Assembly: GCA_963827655.1 (NCBI GenBank)
Contig: CAWHCF010000010.1
Location: 85,503 to 149,502, forward strand
DNA from: an uncultured Acidobacteriota bacterium
Lineage (GTDB): Bacteria; Acidobacteriota; UBA6911
Direction of reading: 5' to 3'
Length of the DNA stretch: 64,000 nt
The notes beneath the pieces are model-generated. The model had not been told where the DNA came from. It ran no database searches and saw nothing but the letters and a program-made list of their open reading frames with translations. This document shows, one piece after another, positions 49,625-60,282 of the stretch. Made by a program: the position numbers and the translations under genes. Positions within the stretch are counted from its first letter, which is position 1. Every line of letters starts with the position of its first letter.

Positions 49625-52600
49625 ATGAGATCCCGAACTTTCTTGATTCTTTTGCTTGGCATCCATGCTCCGCTCGGGGCGCAGGAGGCCGCGCGCGTGG
49701 AGCTCTTTTCCCCTCAGGGGACGGTCAAGCAGGTGCGCCAGGCGCGGGCGCGCTTTTCAGAGCCCATGGTCCCCTTCGCTGATCCAAGGGCCGCCGCCCA
49801 ACCTTTTGTGATTGACTGCGCCGAGAAGGGAACCGGCCGTTGGGTCGACGCCAGAAACTGGGTCTACGACTTTGAAAGGGACCTCCCCGCCGGTGTCCGG
49901 TGCGAGTTCAGGATTCAGGACAGCCTGAGAACCGTTAGCGGCAGGACTCTGGGCGGGGAGCAAAGATTCGCGTTTTCAACGGGCGGACCGGCCATCATCG
50001 CGTCGTTCCCGCCTGAAGGCTCAGAACGCATTGACGAAGCGCAGATCTTCGTCCTTGAACTCGACGGTGAAGCTACCGAAAGCTCTGTTCTCGCCAGTGT
50101 GCGGTTCGATGTGGAAGGACTGGCCGAGCGCATCGGAGCGCGGATAGTGTCGGGGACCGAGCGCGAGCAGATACTCAAGACCTCCCACTATCGTTACCGA
50201 AAACCGCTTCCCCCGCTCCTTTTAATCCAGGCCCGGCAGCGATTCCCCGCCGGATCTGCAGTCACGCTGATCTGGGGCAAAGGAGTGGCCGCGGCCAGCG
50301 GCGTCGCTACCGAATCGGACCTCACCCGAGCCTTTGTCACACGAACTCCATTCACTGCCAGTCTCAACTGCCCGCGGGAAAATCCCGACGCCGACTGCAT
50401 ACCCATAACTCCGGCGCGCCTGACATTCTCCGCGCCGGTCGCGGCCTCCGAAGCCCGGAAGGCAGTGGTAAGGGGCCCGGGGAACCGCCGCTGGCTCGCC
50501 GAGATTGCCGAGTCTGAAAAGGATGATCCGTACGTTCACGCAGTCTTCTTCAAGGGCCCTTTTCCGGAGCGTGCCGCCTTTACGCTCGAGATTCCTGCGG
50601 GCCTCAAGGACGACTCCGGACGAAACCTGACCAATTCGGATAAGTTCCCGCTTTCGTTTCGCACCGATGCCTATCCTTCGCTGGCGAAGTTTGCGGCCGA
50701 CTTTGGAATTGTGGAGGCAAAGCCGAGGGCGCTGCTTCCGGTCACGCTCAGGAATGTCGAGCCGTCAGTTTCCGCTCGAGCGTTTGAGGTCCTGGGCGGG
50801 GAAGAGAACACCGATCCACCCGCTCCCGCCCGGCCGGACGAAGACATGGCTGCAAAGTTGAGAGGCAGGATCTTCCGGGTTCCGCCCGACAGGGCCGGTC
50901 AGATGCTCGACTGGATCAAGAAGGTATCCGGCCGCGGCTGGGAGGATCGGGAAAAGTCGGTCTTCGGGCCCGTAACGGCCGCGAAAACCAAGCCGTTCAC
51001 CGTCCCGAAACTCCATGGCCCGAAAGCCTTCGAAGTCGTCGGCATTCCATTGCCGAAGCCCGGGTTTTACGTGGTCGAAATCGAGAGCGGGATCCTTGGA
51101 GCCGCCCTGCTCGGCGCCGCCAAGCCGATGTTCGTGCCCACCGCGGTTCTGGCCACGAACCTCTCGGTCCATTTCAAGTGGGGGCTCGAATCGTCGCTCG
51201 TCTGGGTAACGGCGCTCGACACCGGCAAACCGGTAAGCCAGGCCGCAATCGTGATCCGCGACTGTGGCGGAAAGCCGCTCTGGGAAGGACAATCCGACCG
51301 GGACGGCATTGCCCGCGTCCAGACGGTTCCTCCGCGCGGCACCTCGCAGCAATGCGGCGATTATCCCCTGGAAGGCGGCCTGCTCGTCAGCGCGCAGCTC
51401 GGGGACGACATGGCTTTCGTCCACACCAGCTGGAACGACGGCATCGAACCGTGGCGTTTTCAGCTTCCGACTGAATACGAGACCAGCCTGGTCGCGGCAC
51501 ACACAATCTTTGACCGAACCCTGCTACGTGCCGGCGAGACTGTGCACATGAAGCATATCCTGCGCCGGCATGTCAGTTCCGGCTTTTCAAGAGTGCCTGA
51601 AAATGAACGACCGGGCGCCGTCATCATGACCCATTGGGGGAGCGATCAGAAGTATGAATTCCCCCTTCGATGGGATCCGGCAGGGATCGCCGAGACCGCC
51701 TGGAAAATTCCGAACGAGGCCAGGCTGGGAAACTATCAGGTGACCCTTGCAACCAACGGGCGCGCGGGCCATCACTCCGGGGAATTCCGAGTCGAGGAGT
51801 ATCGCGTGCCCCTGATGAAAGGGGCGATTCAGACGCCTTCGCGGATGCTGGTCGCGCCAGCTTCAGTGCCACTCGACCTTACGGTCAGTTACCTGGCAGG
51901 GGGAGCCGCCGGCAATCTTCCCGTGAGGCTGCGCCATGTCGTCCAACCGAGAGCTGCGACGGTCTTCCCGGCGTTTGACGACTTCCATTTCTCGAATGGA
52001 AAACTAAAGGAGGGCCTGATTCGTCACGGGGCGGAGGAGGGAGAGCCTCAAGAACGGAAGCCTTTTGAGCTGAACAGCACCGATCTCACTCTCGACAGGC
52101 AAGGCTCGGCACGGACGGTGATATCAGAACTGCCCGGGCTCGAGAAGCCGATGGAGATTCTGGCCGAACTCGAGTTCCGCGATCCCAATGGCGAGACCCA
52201 GACGGTTTCGTCCCGTATCCCGCTCTACCCCGCTGATCGTCTCGTCGGCATCAAGCCGGCTTCGTGGTTAACTTCCGAGCAGTCGGCGCTCCGGTTCCAG
52301 GTTGCGGTGGTCGATTTGAGCGGCAATCCGATCGCCGGGGCCCCTGTGCGGGTTGATTTATTCGAACGAAAGACATATTCCCATCGGAAACGCCTGGTCG
52401 GAGGATTCTACGCGTTCGAACACGCCACCGAGACGCGACGGGTCGGCGGCCTGTGTGAGGGAAAGACCGACCAGCGCGGGTTGCTCCTCTGTGACAAGCG
52501 GTCGCCCATTTCCGGAAACTTGATTCTCCAGGCCACCACAGCTGACAGCGCCGGCCGCGAAACCACCGCCAACCGCGATATCTGGGTTGCCGGCAAAGAA

Positions 52601-55267
52601 GATTGGTGGTTTGCCGCGCGCGACAGCGACCGCATCGATGTCATCCCGGAGATGAAAAGCTACGAGCCTGGAGACAAAGCGCGATTCCAGGTGCGGATGC
52701 CCTTCAGGCGCGCCACAGCCCTCGTCACCGTGGAACGCGAGGGGATCGCGGATGTGTTCGTGCGCGAGCTTCAGGGAAGAGAGCCGATCGTCGAAGTCCC
52801 GGTGAAGGGAAATTTCGCCCCCAACGTCTTTGTTTCTGTCCTCGCGGTTCGAGGTCGGGTCGGAGGCGTGCAGCCGACGGCCACGGTTGACCTGGGGCGT
52901 CCGGCCTACAAACTGGGGATCGCGGAGATCCGGGTCGGCTGGAAAGCTCACGAGCTTAAAGTGAAGGTCTCGACCGATCGTCCGGTCTACAGAGTGCGGG
53001 AAAAGGCCAGGGTGGATATCGCGGTCACGACGCCCGAAGGGACCGCTCCGCCGGCAGGGACGGAGGTTGCCCTTGCTGCCGTCGATGAAGGCCTGCTGGA
53101 GCTGCAGCCCAACGCCAGCTGGCAGCTCATCGACGCCATGATGCGCCGGCGCGGCTGCGGCGTCGAAACTTCAACGGCCCAGATGCACGTCATCGGAAAG
53201 CGGCACTTCGGGCTGAAGGCACTCCCGCAGGGGGGCGGGGGAGGCAAGCAGGCGACGCGCGAGCTTTTCGATACGCTGCTTTTATGGAGAGGGCGTGTCC
53301 CGCTCGACGGGCAAGGACGGGCCTCCGTTGAGGTCCCGTTGAACGACTCTTTGACCGGTTTTCGCATCGTCGCCGTAGCCACGGGAGGCACGGATCGCTT
53401 CGGCACCGGATCGACTTCGATCCGCTCCACGCAGGAGCTCATGATCTTGTCGGGAATCGCGCCCGTAGTTCGCCAGGGTGACCAGTTCCGCGCCACGTTC
53501 ACCGTGCGCAACGCCACCGAGCGTCCGCGAGACGCGACGGTTTCCACGCGGGTCAAGGGAATTGCCGAGCCGCTCCAGCCCACGACCGTCGCACTTGCGC
53601 CCGGAGAGGCGCGAGAGATCGCCTGGACGGTAACCGCTCCCGCTACGGTCGATTCGCTCACCTACGAAGTTGAGGCCAAAGGCGCGGAGGGCGTCACGGA
53701 TCGCCTGAGCGTCTCCCAGAGAGTCGTTCCTGCCGTTCCGGTTCGCCCCTTTCAGTCCGTCCTGATTCCAGTCGAGGGGGAAGTGCTGATGGACCTGGAG
53801 CGCCCCAACGACGCGCTTCCCGGGCGAGGCGGCATCCTGGTATCGCTGCAGCCTACTCTGCTTGATGGCCTCAAGGGCGTAACCGACTACATGCGCAGCT
53901 ATCCCTATACCTGCCTGGAGCAGGAAATCTCGCGCGCCGTTGCGCTGCGGGATCGGGAACGGTGGAACAGGCTCATGGCTCAGCTCCCTGCGTACCTCGA
54001 CTCGAATGGTCTTGCAAAATACTTCCCGTCGAACCCCAGGGGCAGCGACGTTTTGACTTCATATATCCTCGCCATTGCCGGCGAGGCCGGTTGGCAGATG
54101 CCGGATCAACCCAGGAACGCGATGACGCGAGGGCTGCAGGGCTTCGTCGAGGGTCGAGTCATTCTTCACTCCCCGGTTTCGGCGGCCGACCTGGCGCTTC
54201 GCAAACTCTCGGCGCTGAATGCGCTCTCTCGCTGGGAGAAAGTCGAACCTGCCTTGCTCTCGGCGATCACCGTCGAGCCGAACCTCTGGCCTACCTCGGC
54301 TGTGATCGACTGGTTCGACATCATCCAGAGGGTTTCAGGAATCCGTAACGGGAGCGACCGGCTCCGGGAAGCCGACCAGATCCTCAGATCGAGGCTCAGC
54401 TTTCAGGGGACCACGATGGGTTTTTCCACGGAACGAAGCGATTTCCTCTGGTGGCTCATGGTCTCAAACGACACCAATGCGGTGCGATTGCTGCTCTCGG
54501 TGGCCGGCGCCGACTCCTGGCGCGAAGACCTTCCCAGGTTGGCCAGGGGATCTCTGGCGCGCCAGCGGCGAGGATCCTGGGATACGACGGTGGCAAACGC
54601 GTGGGGCGTTCTGGCGCTGGAGAAGTTTTCCAAGGCTCTGGAAAAAACTTCAGTCACAGGCTCGACCTCCGTAACACTGAACACGACCCAGACGATCGAC
54701 TGGAATGAAACGCCCGCAGGGAAAGCGGTCTCATTCCCTTGGCCCGCCCAGCGAAGCCCGCTTTCGATCCGGACTTCCGGCGCCGGAAGGCCGTGGGCCA
54801 CAGTGCAGAGCCTCGCGGCCATTCCGCTCAAGCAGCCTCTGACGAGCGGGTTCAAGCTCCGCAAGACCCTGACGGCAGTCGAGCAAAGACGACCAGGCGT
54901 CTGGAGTCGAGGGGACGTCCTAAGAGTAAGGATCGAGCTCGAAGCTTCGTCCGACATGACCTGGGTGGTGGTGAGCGATCCGATTCCGGGCGGTGGCGCG
55001 ATCCTCGGGACCGGACTCGGACGGGACTCGCAGCTGCTAACGCGCGGCGAGGAGCGCAAGGGGTGGGTGTGGCCGGTTTTCGAAGAGCGCTCTGCCGAAG
55101 CCTTCCGCGCCTACTACGAGTACGTTCCAAAAGGGGAGTGGACCGTGGAGTACACCCTTCGATTGAACAACGAGGGGCTGTTTTCGATTCCCGCCACTCG
55201 GGTCGAGGCGATGTACGCTCCGGAAATGTTCGGAGAGACCCCGAACGAGGCCATGCGCATCCAATGA
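49625..55267 (+). CDS. Alpha-2-macroglobulin family protein (bacterial YfhM-type, thioester-containing)
   Basis: 1880 aa with a signal peptide. The thioester motif CLEQ is present within ..MRSYPYTCLEQEISRAVAL. The domain order matches MG-domain/A2M/thioester/receptor-binding, and it is translationally coupled (ATGA overlap) to PBP1C. Confidence 0.8.
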   Translation: MRSRTFLILLLGIHAPLGAQEAARVELFSPQGTVKQVRQARARFSEPMVPFADPRAAAQPFVIDCAEKGTGRWVDARNWVYDFERDLPAGVRCEFRIQDSLRTVSGRTLGGEQRFAFSTGGPAIIASFPPEGSERIDEAQIFVLELDGEATESSVLASVRFDVEGLAERIGARIVSGTEREQILKTSHYRYRKPLPPLLLIQARQRFPAGSAVTLIWGKGVAAASGVATESDLTRAFVTRTPFTASLNCPRENPDADCIPITPARLTFSAPVAASEARKAVVRGPGNRRWLAEIAESEKDDPYVHAVFFKGPFPERAAFTLEIPAGLKDDSGRNLTNSDKFPLSFRTDAYPSLAKFAADFGIVEAKPRALLPVTLRNVEPSVSARAFEVLGGEENTDPPAPARPDEDMAAKLRGRIFRVPPDRAGQMLDWIKKVSGRGWEDREKSVFGPVTAAKTKPFTVPKLHGPKAFEVVGIPLPKPGFYVVEIESGILGAALLGAAKPMFVPTAVLATNLSVHFKWGLESSLVWVTALDTGKPVSQAAIVIRDCGGKPLWEGQSDRDGIARVQTVPPRGTSQQCGDYPLEGGLLVSAQLGDDMAFVHTSWNDGIEPWRFQLPTEYETSLVAAHTIFDRTLLRAGETVHMKHILRRHVSSGFSRVPENERPGAVIMTHWGSDQKYEFPLRWDPAGIAETAWKIPNEARLGNYQVTLATNGRAGHHSGEFRVEEYRVPLMKGAIQTPSRMLVAPASVPLDLTVSYLAGGAAGNLPVRLRHVVQPRAATVFPAFDDFHFSNGKLKEGLIRHGAEEGEPQERKPFELNSTDLTLDRQGSARTVISELPGLEKPMEILAELEFRDPNGETQTVSSRIPLYPADRLVGIKPASWLTSEQSALRFQVAVVDLSGNPIAGAPVRVDLFERKTYSHRKRLVGGFYAFEHATETRRVGGLCEGKTDQRGLLLCDKRSPISGNLILQATTADSAGRETTANRDIWVAGKEDWWFAARDSDRIDVIPEMKSYEPGDKARFQVRMPFRRATALVTVEREGIADVFVRELQGREPIVEVPVKGNFAPNVFVSVLAVRGRVGGVQPTATVDLGRPAYKLGIAEIRVGWKAHELKVKVSTDRPVYRVREKARVDIAVTTPEGTAPPAGTEVALAAVDEGLLELQPNASWQLIDAMMRRRGCGVETSTAQMHVIGKRHFGLKALPQGGGGGKQATRELFDTLLLWRGRVPLDGQGRASVEVPLNDSLTGFRIVAVATGGTDRFGTGSTSIRSTQELMILSGIAPVVRQGDQFRATFTVRNATERPRDATVSTRVKGIAEPLQPTTVALAPGEAREIAWTVTAPATVDSLTYEVEAKGAEGVTDRLSVSQRVVPAVPVRPFQSVLIPVEGEVLMDLERPNDALPGRGGILVSLQPTLLDGLKGVTDYMRSYPYTCLEQEISRAVALRDRERWNRLMAQLPAYLDSNGLAKYFPSNPRGSDVLTSYILAIAGEAGWQMPDQPRNAMTRGLQGFVEGRVILHSPVSAADLALRKLSALNALSRWEKVEPALLSAITVEPNLWPTSAVIDWFDIIQRVSGIRNGSDRLREADQILRSRLSFQGTTMGFSTERSDFLWWLMVSNDTNAVRLLLSVAGADSWREDLPRLARGSLARQRRGSWDTTVANAWGVLALEKFSKALEKTSVTGSTSVTLNTTQTIDWNETPAGKAVSFPWPAQRSPLSIRTSGAGRPWATVQSLAAIPLKQPLTSGFKLRKTLTAVEQRRPGVWSRGDVLRVRIELEASSDMTWVVVSDPIPGGGAILGTGLGRDSQLLTRGEERKGWVWPVFEERSAEAFRAYYEYVPKGEWTVEYTLRLNNEGLFSIPATRVEAMYAPEMFGETPNEAMRIQ

Positions 55268-57414
55268 GAAGACCGCGCGTTCTCTTCGTCGTTGCCGCTG
55301 TCGCCGGCACGATCCTGCTGCTCTTGTTCGCCCTTTCCCGCTCCGTACCGATGCCTGCGTTTCAGGAAGTGCGCAGCGCCTACAGCGGGTCCGAGGCCAC
55401 CGTGCTGGACCGTCACCATCAGGTCATTCACCAGCTTCGAGTCAAGCATCAGGGCCGCCGCTTGGACTGGGTGGCGCTTTCGGAGATATCGCCTGCCTTT
55501 CGGTCCGCGCTGGTTCACGCCGAAGACCGAAGATTTCACACTCACCGGGGGGTCGACTGGATCTCGTTTGGCGGGGCGCTGGCCGGCAGCTTCAGGTCCG
55601 CCAGGAATCGGGGCGCCAGCACCATCACGATGCAGCTGGCCGCCATGCTCCACGAGCAGCTGCGCCCGCGAGGCCATGGCCGTTCCGTCGCCCAGAAATG
55701 GAATCAGATCCGGTCGGCGCTCAGTCTCGAGCGAAGCTGGTCCAAAAATGACATTCTGGAAGCCTACGTCAATCTGGTTACATTTCGCGGCGAGCTTCAG
55801 GGAATCGGTGCGGCGGCCAAGGGGCTTTTTGACAAGAGTCCCCATGGCCTGGATGACATCGAATCCATGATACTGGCGGCTCTGGTGCGCTCGCCGAACG
55901 CCGAGAGCGACGCGGTGACCCGAAGGGCAATCGCGCTCTCGGAGTCGATGGGCCTGCGCCTGGAGGCGGCCGAGATCGGGGTCAGGGCGAAGGCGGTTCT
56001 TTCGCGTCCTTACTTTGTCCAGCCTGAGGTTGCGCTCGCGCCCCACGTGGCGCTCCGGCTGGTCGGAATCAATCCGGGCGCAACGACAATCGTCTCGACG
56101 CTCGACCGCGATCTGCAGAGCTTCGCCCTTGGCGTTTTGCGTCACCACCTTCTCTCGCTTCGATCTCAGAATGTTGCCGACGCGGCTGCGCTCGTGGTCG
56201 ACAACCGCACAGGCGAGGTCCTGGCTTACGTCGGGAACGCCGGCGACCAGACAAGCGCGAAATACGTGGATGGGGTCGAGGCGCTCCGCCAGGCCGGCTC
56301 CACGCTGAAGCCGTTCGTTTACGCCACCGCTCTCGAGCGGCGTTACCTGACGGCCGCTTCCCTGATCGATGACAGCCCGGTCGACCTTCCAGTGCCGGGC
56401 GGAGTCTACCGGCCGATGAATTACGACCAGCGGTTCCATGGCCTTGTCACCGCGCGCGCCGCGCTGGCTTCGTCATTGAACGTGCCCGCGGTCAAGGCGC
56501 TCAACATGATCGGCGTCGAAGCCTTTGTCGAGCAGTTGCGTGCCCTCGGTTTCCGAAAACTTCGCTCCGCGGAATTCTACGGGCCCTCTCTTGCGCTGGG
56601 TTCGGCGGATGTTGCACTGTGGGATCTGGTGAACGCTTATCGCGCGCTTGCCAATGCCGGACGCGTCGGATCGATGCGTCTGACTTTCGACGACCCGGCA
56701 GGACCATCGAAACCGGCTTTCTCCCCTGAGGCGGCTTTCCTGGTCTCGCACATCCTGTCGGATCGGGAGAGTCGTAGCATGACGTTTCAGCTGGAGAGTC
56801 CTCTGGCCACCCGCTACTGGTCCGCCGTAAAGACCGGGACCAGCAAGGATATGCGCGACAACTGGTGCGTCGGCTACTCGAGCCAATACACGGTTGGGGT
56901 ATGGGCCGGCAACTTTTCGGGAGCGCCTATGTGGAACGTCACCGGCATCACGGGTGCGGCTCCCGTGTGGGTGGAGATCATGAACTGGCTCCACCGGGAC
57001 GGCTCGAGTCGCGAGCCGGAAGCGCCGCCGGGAGTTGTCTGCCGGGACGTAGAATTTTCCCATTCGGGACGAAGCCGCCGCGAGTGTTTCATCGAAGGAA
57101 CTGAAACGCCCGTGGTGCAAGAAACGGCCGCTTCGGTAAGGATCAAGATCGCATACCCGGCTTCAGGCACCGTGATTGCGCTCGACCCCGATATACCGGC
57201 GGCCCAGCAGAGGCTCTTTCTTGAAGCCGAACCCCGTGATGACCGCCTGCGCTGGGTACTTGACGGCGAAGTTCTGGGGTCCGCCGGGTCGCTGGTGTTG
57301 TGGATCCCGAAGGTCGGGCCGCATACGCTCGCGCTACAGGACAAAACCGGGCGGGTACTGGATTCCGTCGTGTTCCAGGTTCGCGGCCGTGTGAATCAAC
57401 TGGCTTCCAAGTAA
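55264..57414 (+). CDS. pbpC: Penicillin-binding protein 1C (bifunctional glycosyltransferase/transpeptidase)
   Basis: N-terminal TM (MRRPRVLFVVAAVAGTILLLLFAL). Transglycosylase motifs (EDRRFHTHRGVDWIS, RGASTITMQLA) and transpeptidase motifs (SxxK: GSTLKP; SxN; KTG: KTGTSKD) are present, followed by the C-terminal PBP1C-specific domain. The ORF track start at 54739 is inside the A2M gene. Confidence 0.8.
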   Translation: MRRPRVLFVVAAVAGTILLLLFALSRSVPMPAFQEVRSAYSGSEATVLDRHHQVIHQLRVKHQGRRLDWVALSEISPAFRSALVHAEDRRFHTHRGVDWISFGGALAGSFRSARNRGASTITMQLAAMLHEQLRPRGHGRSVAQKWNQIRSALSLERSWSKNDILEAYVNLVTFRGELQGIGAAAKGLFDKSPHGLDDIESMILAALVRSPNAESDAVTRRAIALSESMGLRLEAAEIGVRAKAVLSRPYFVQPEVALAPHVALRLVGINPGATTIVSTLDRDLQSFALGVLRHHLLSLRSQNVADAAALVVDNRTGEVLAYVGNAGDQTSAKYVDGVEALRQAGSTLKPFVYATALERRYLTAASLIDDSPVDLPVPGGVYRPMNYDQRFHGLVTARAALASSLNVPAVKALNMIGVEAFVEQLRALGFRKLRSAEFYGPSLALGSADVALWDLVNAYRALANAGRVGSMRLTFDDPAGPSKPAFSPEAAFLVSHILSDRESRSMTFQLESPLATRYWSAVKTGTSKDMRDNWCVGYSSQYTVGVWAGNFSGAPMWNVTGITGAAPVWVEIMNWLHRDGSSREPEAPPGVVCRDVEFSHSGRSRRECFIEGTETPVVQETAASVRIKIAYPASGTVIALDPDIPAAQQRLFLEAEPRDDRLRWVLDGEVLGSAGSLVLWIPKVGPHTLALQDKTGRVLDSVVFQVRGRVNQLASK

Positions 57415-57462
57415 GACGTCAAAATCGACCACCAAGGCCCAAGGACGCGAAGCATCACGAAA

Positions 57463-58818
57463 ATGACATCCCTCTTGATCCGACAGGCCGCCTGGCTCGT
57501 CGCCATGGACGATGCCGATAGTCGCTGGGCCGGCGGCGGGCTCTATGTCGTCGACAACGTAATTCGACAGGTAGGACCGAGTTCACAACTGCCGCAAGAC
57601 GCCGACCAGACGATCGACGCGCGTGACATGCTGATCCTGCCGGGTATGGTCAACACCCACCATCACTTTGTTCAGACCTTGACACGAAATCTACCGGCTG
57701 CCCAGGACGCGAATCTTTTCAATTGGCTGCGAACCCACTATCCGATTTGGGCCGGCCTTACGCCGGAGGCTGTCTACGTCAGCAGTAAGACTGCAATCGC
57801 CGAGCTCATGCTGTCGGGTTGCACGACTTCAAGTGATCATACTTACCTCTGGCCGAACGGGGCATGCGTTGACGACCAGATTCGGGCTGCTGCCGACATG
57901 GGCTTCCGCTTTCACGCCGCTCGCGGCTCGATGTCGGTCGGCGAATCGAAGGGAGGTTTGCCGCCCGATTACCTGGTCGAAAGCGAGGACCAGGTTCTCC
58001 GCGACTCCGAGCGCGTTCTTGAAAAACATCACGACCCTCGCCCCTACGCCATGACGCGAATCGTGCTGGCGCCCTGTTCACCTTTTTCGGTTTCGCGAGA
58101 TCTCATGCGGGAAAGCCTGGCTCTGGCCCGGGACTACGGCGTTTGTTCCCATACCCATCTTGCCGAAACCCTGGACGAAGCCGTCTATTGCCGCGAGAAG
58201 TTCGGCCGCACGCCGGTAGAATTTGCGGAGGAGCTGGGATGGGTGGGGCCGGATGTATGGCACGCCCACATGGTCCATCCTTCGGCAGACGAGATCAGCC
58301 GGCTCGGGAAGAGTCATACCGGGATCGCGCACTGTCCGAGCTCGAACATGCGACTGGCGTCTGGGATCGCGCCGGTCCGGTCGTTGCAAAAGGCGGGAGC
58401 CCGCGTGGGGCTCGGAGTCGACGGTTCGGCATCCAACGATGGATCACACATGCTTGCAGAAGCCCGGCAGGCGATGCTGTTACAGCGGGTGTCGGGGAAT
58501 CCCGCCGCCATGACCGCATTCGACGCGCTTCGGATGGCGACTCGCGGCGGGGCGGCGGTGCTGGGACGGGAGGATATCGGCTGCCTGGCGCCCGGAATGG
58601 CCGCCGACTTCATCGGCTACCGTCTGGATCGACTGGCGCTTGCAGGCGGCGCGGTTCATGATCCGCTCGCCTCTCTGGTCTTCTGTCACCCGCCGGCTGT
58701 GGATCTGAGTGTGATCAACGGCCGGGTGCGCGTGAAGGAAGGCTGCTTGCTCGAGACCGATCTCGACCAGCTCGTCCGGCAGCACAACGACCTTGCACGC
58801 CGCCTGGTGACCCGGTGA
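57463..58818 (+). CDS. Amidohydrolase of the ATZ/TRZ-like guanine/8-oxoguanine deaminase group
   Basis: Metal-binding HxH at ..MVNTHHHFVQTLTRN... Conserved HTHLAET and HC..SNMRL motifs and a C-terminal D (..GVDGSASND). It is adjacent to the purine permease/hpt cluster. Confidence 0.65.
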   Translation: MTSLLIRQAAWLVAMDDADSRWAGGGLYVVDNVIRQVGPSSQLPQDADQTIDARDMLILPGMVNTHHHFVQTLTRNLPAAQDANLFNWLRTHYPIWAGLTPEAVYVSSKTAIAELMLSGCTTSSDHTYLWPNGACVDDQIRAAADMGFRFHAARGSMSVGESKGGLPPDYLVESEDQVLRDSERVLEKHHDPRPYAMTRIVLAPCSPFSVSRDLMRESLALARDYGVCSHTHLAETLDEAVYCREKFGRTPVEFAEELGWVGPDVWHAHMVHPSADEISRLGKSHTGIAHCPSSNMRLASGIAPVRSLQKAGARVGLGVDGSASNDGSHMLAEARQAMLLQRVSGNPAAMTAFDALRMATRGGAAVLGREDIGCLAPGMAADFIGYRLDRLALAGGAVHDPLASLVFCHPPAVDLSVINGRVRVKEGCLLETDLDQLVRQHNDLARRLVTR

Positions 58819-58915
58819 CGATTCGACGATTCTGGTCGACGATTTACGATTGCGAAAGGCGCATCCACGTTCGAATCGTCAATCGTCGACGGTCTGAGAT
58901 CGTCAATTGCTCTAG
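58819..58915. repeat. Palindromic element built from GACGATT / AATCGTC heptamer repeats, between convergent genes
   Basis: tgacgattcgacgattctggtcgacgatttacgattgcg ... ttcgaatcgtcaatcgtcgacggtctgagatcgtcaattgc. A related element lies at 63485..63572. Confidence 0.5.
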
Positions 58916-60240
58916 GCGCTGGTTCCGAGAACAAAATGGAGTATGAAAAGGGCAGTCAAGCTGTAGGTGACGAGATTATTCTCGTGGTGCCTGCCGGCCA
59001 GGAATTTGACGATCGTGTAGGACATGAAGCCGAAAGCCAGCCCCTGCGCGATCGAATAAGTCAGCGGCATCATCAGGATGGTAAGGAAGGCCGGGAAGGC
59101 TTCCGTGAAGTTACTGAAGTCAATGTGCGCGATCTCTGCCATCATCAGGACGCCGACAATGATCAACGCCGGCGCCGTGGCCTGAGCCGGAATTAACCCA
59201 ACCATGGGCGCGAACACCAACGCGACCACGAACAGGAAAGCCACCACCAGCGCGGTAAGCCCGGTCCTCCCGCCTTCCGAAACTCCCGCGGCGCTTTCGA
59301 CATAGCTCGTGACCGTGCTCGTCCCCATCAGCGCGCCGAACATCGTCCCGAGGGAATCCGCGAAAAGCGCCTTCCCGATGCGAGGCAGCTGTCCTCGTTC
59401 GTCCAGCAGGCCGGCCTTGCGAGAGACACCGATCAGAGTGCCGATGTTGTCAAACAGGTCCACAAAGGTGAAGGAGAACAAGATCGGAATCAGCCCGACT
59501 TCCAGCGCTCCCTTGATGTCTAACTGAAAGGCGGTGGGCTTGAGCGCTGCCAGAGGATTCGTGACCGCGATGAAGCTGCCGATCCCCACGGGAGCCGGAG
59601 ATACGCCGAAACCCATCGCAACCGCCGTGGTAAAACCAATCCCAAGCAGCAACGCGCCTTTGATCCGACGCGCCATGAGAAATGCCGTGGCGATTAATCC
59701 TGCAATCGACACCAGGACTCCCGCATCCTTCATGCTCCCCAGCGCGACCAGCGTTGCGTCACTCTTTACAATGATGCCCGCGTTGCGCAGCCCGATAAAC
59801 GCGATGAACAGGCCTATTCCGACGCCAATGGCCGAGCGCAGCACGTGCGGGACGCCATCGACGATCCATTCCCGCACCTTTGTGACCGTGAGCACGAAGA
59901 AAACCACGCCGGAAATAAAGACCGCCCCCAGCGCCGTCTGCCAGGGAAGCTTCATACCGATTACGACGGCGTAGGTGAAGAACGCGTTGAGACCCATGCC
60001 GGGCGCCACGGCAATCGGGTAGTTCGCATAAAGCCCCATGACCAGGGTGGCGAAAGCCGAGGCGACACACGTTGCCGCGAAGGTCGCTTCGACGGGCATC
60101 CCGGCGTCTTTCAGAATGTTCGGATTGACAAACAGGATGTAGGCGAGCGTGACGAACGTGGTGATACCAGCCAGAACCTCGGTCCGAACGTTGGTCCGGT
60201 TTTCTTCCAGGTGGAAAACCCGTTCGAGTATTCGCAGCAA
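58912..60240 (-). CDS. NCS2-family purine permease (adenine/guanine/hypoxanthine, AzgA/PbuG-type)
   Basis: 442 aa with about 13 predicted TM helices. The N-terminus FHLEENRTNVRTEVLAGITTFVTLAYILFVNPNIL matches the AzgA/PbuG family start. Confidence 0.75.
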   Translation of the reverse strand: MLRILERVFHLEENRTNVRTEVLAGITTFVTLAYILFVNPNILKDAGMPVEATFAATCVASAFATLVMGLYANYPIAVAPGMGLNAFFTYAVVIGMKLPWQTALGAVFISGVVFFVLTVTKVREWIVDGVPHVLRSAIGVGIGLFIAFIGLRNAGIIVKSDATLVALGSMKDAGVLVSIAGLIATAFLMARRIKGALLLGIGFTTAVAMGFGVSPAPVGIGSFIAVTNPLAALKPTAFQLDIKGALEVGLIPILFSFTFVDLFDNIGTLIGVSRKAGLLDERGQLPRIGKALFADSLGTMFGALMGTSTVTSYVESAAGVSEGGRTGLTALVVAFLFVVALVFAPMVGLIPAQATAPALIIVGVLMMAEIAHIDFSNFTEAFPAFLTILMMPLTYSIAQGLAFGFMSYTIVKFLAGRHHENNLVTYSLTALFILHFVLGTSA

Positions 60241-60282
60241 GAGCCCTCACCACGAAAGACGCTAGGAAACGAAAACCTTGAG

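Noticed and set aside
54739-55263. 5' extension of the PBP1C ORF (tracked start 54739)
   Set aside because: This segment lies inside the alpha-2-macroglobulin coding sequence in another frame. The genuine start is the ATG at 55264, overlapping the A2M stop (ATGA), followed immediately by the PBP1C membrane anchor.
55114-56439. 441-codon minus-strand ORF
   Set aside because: Antisense to pbpC, whose transglycosylase and transpeptidase motifs unambiguously define the sense strand.
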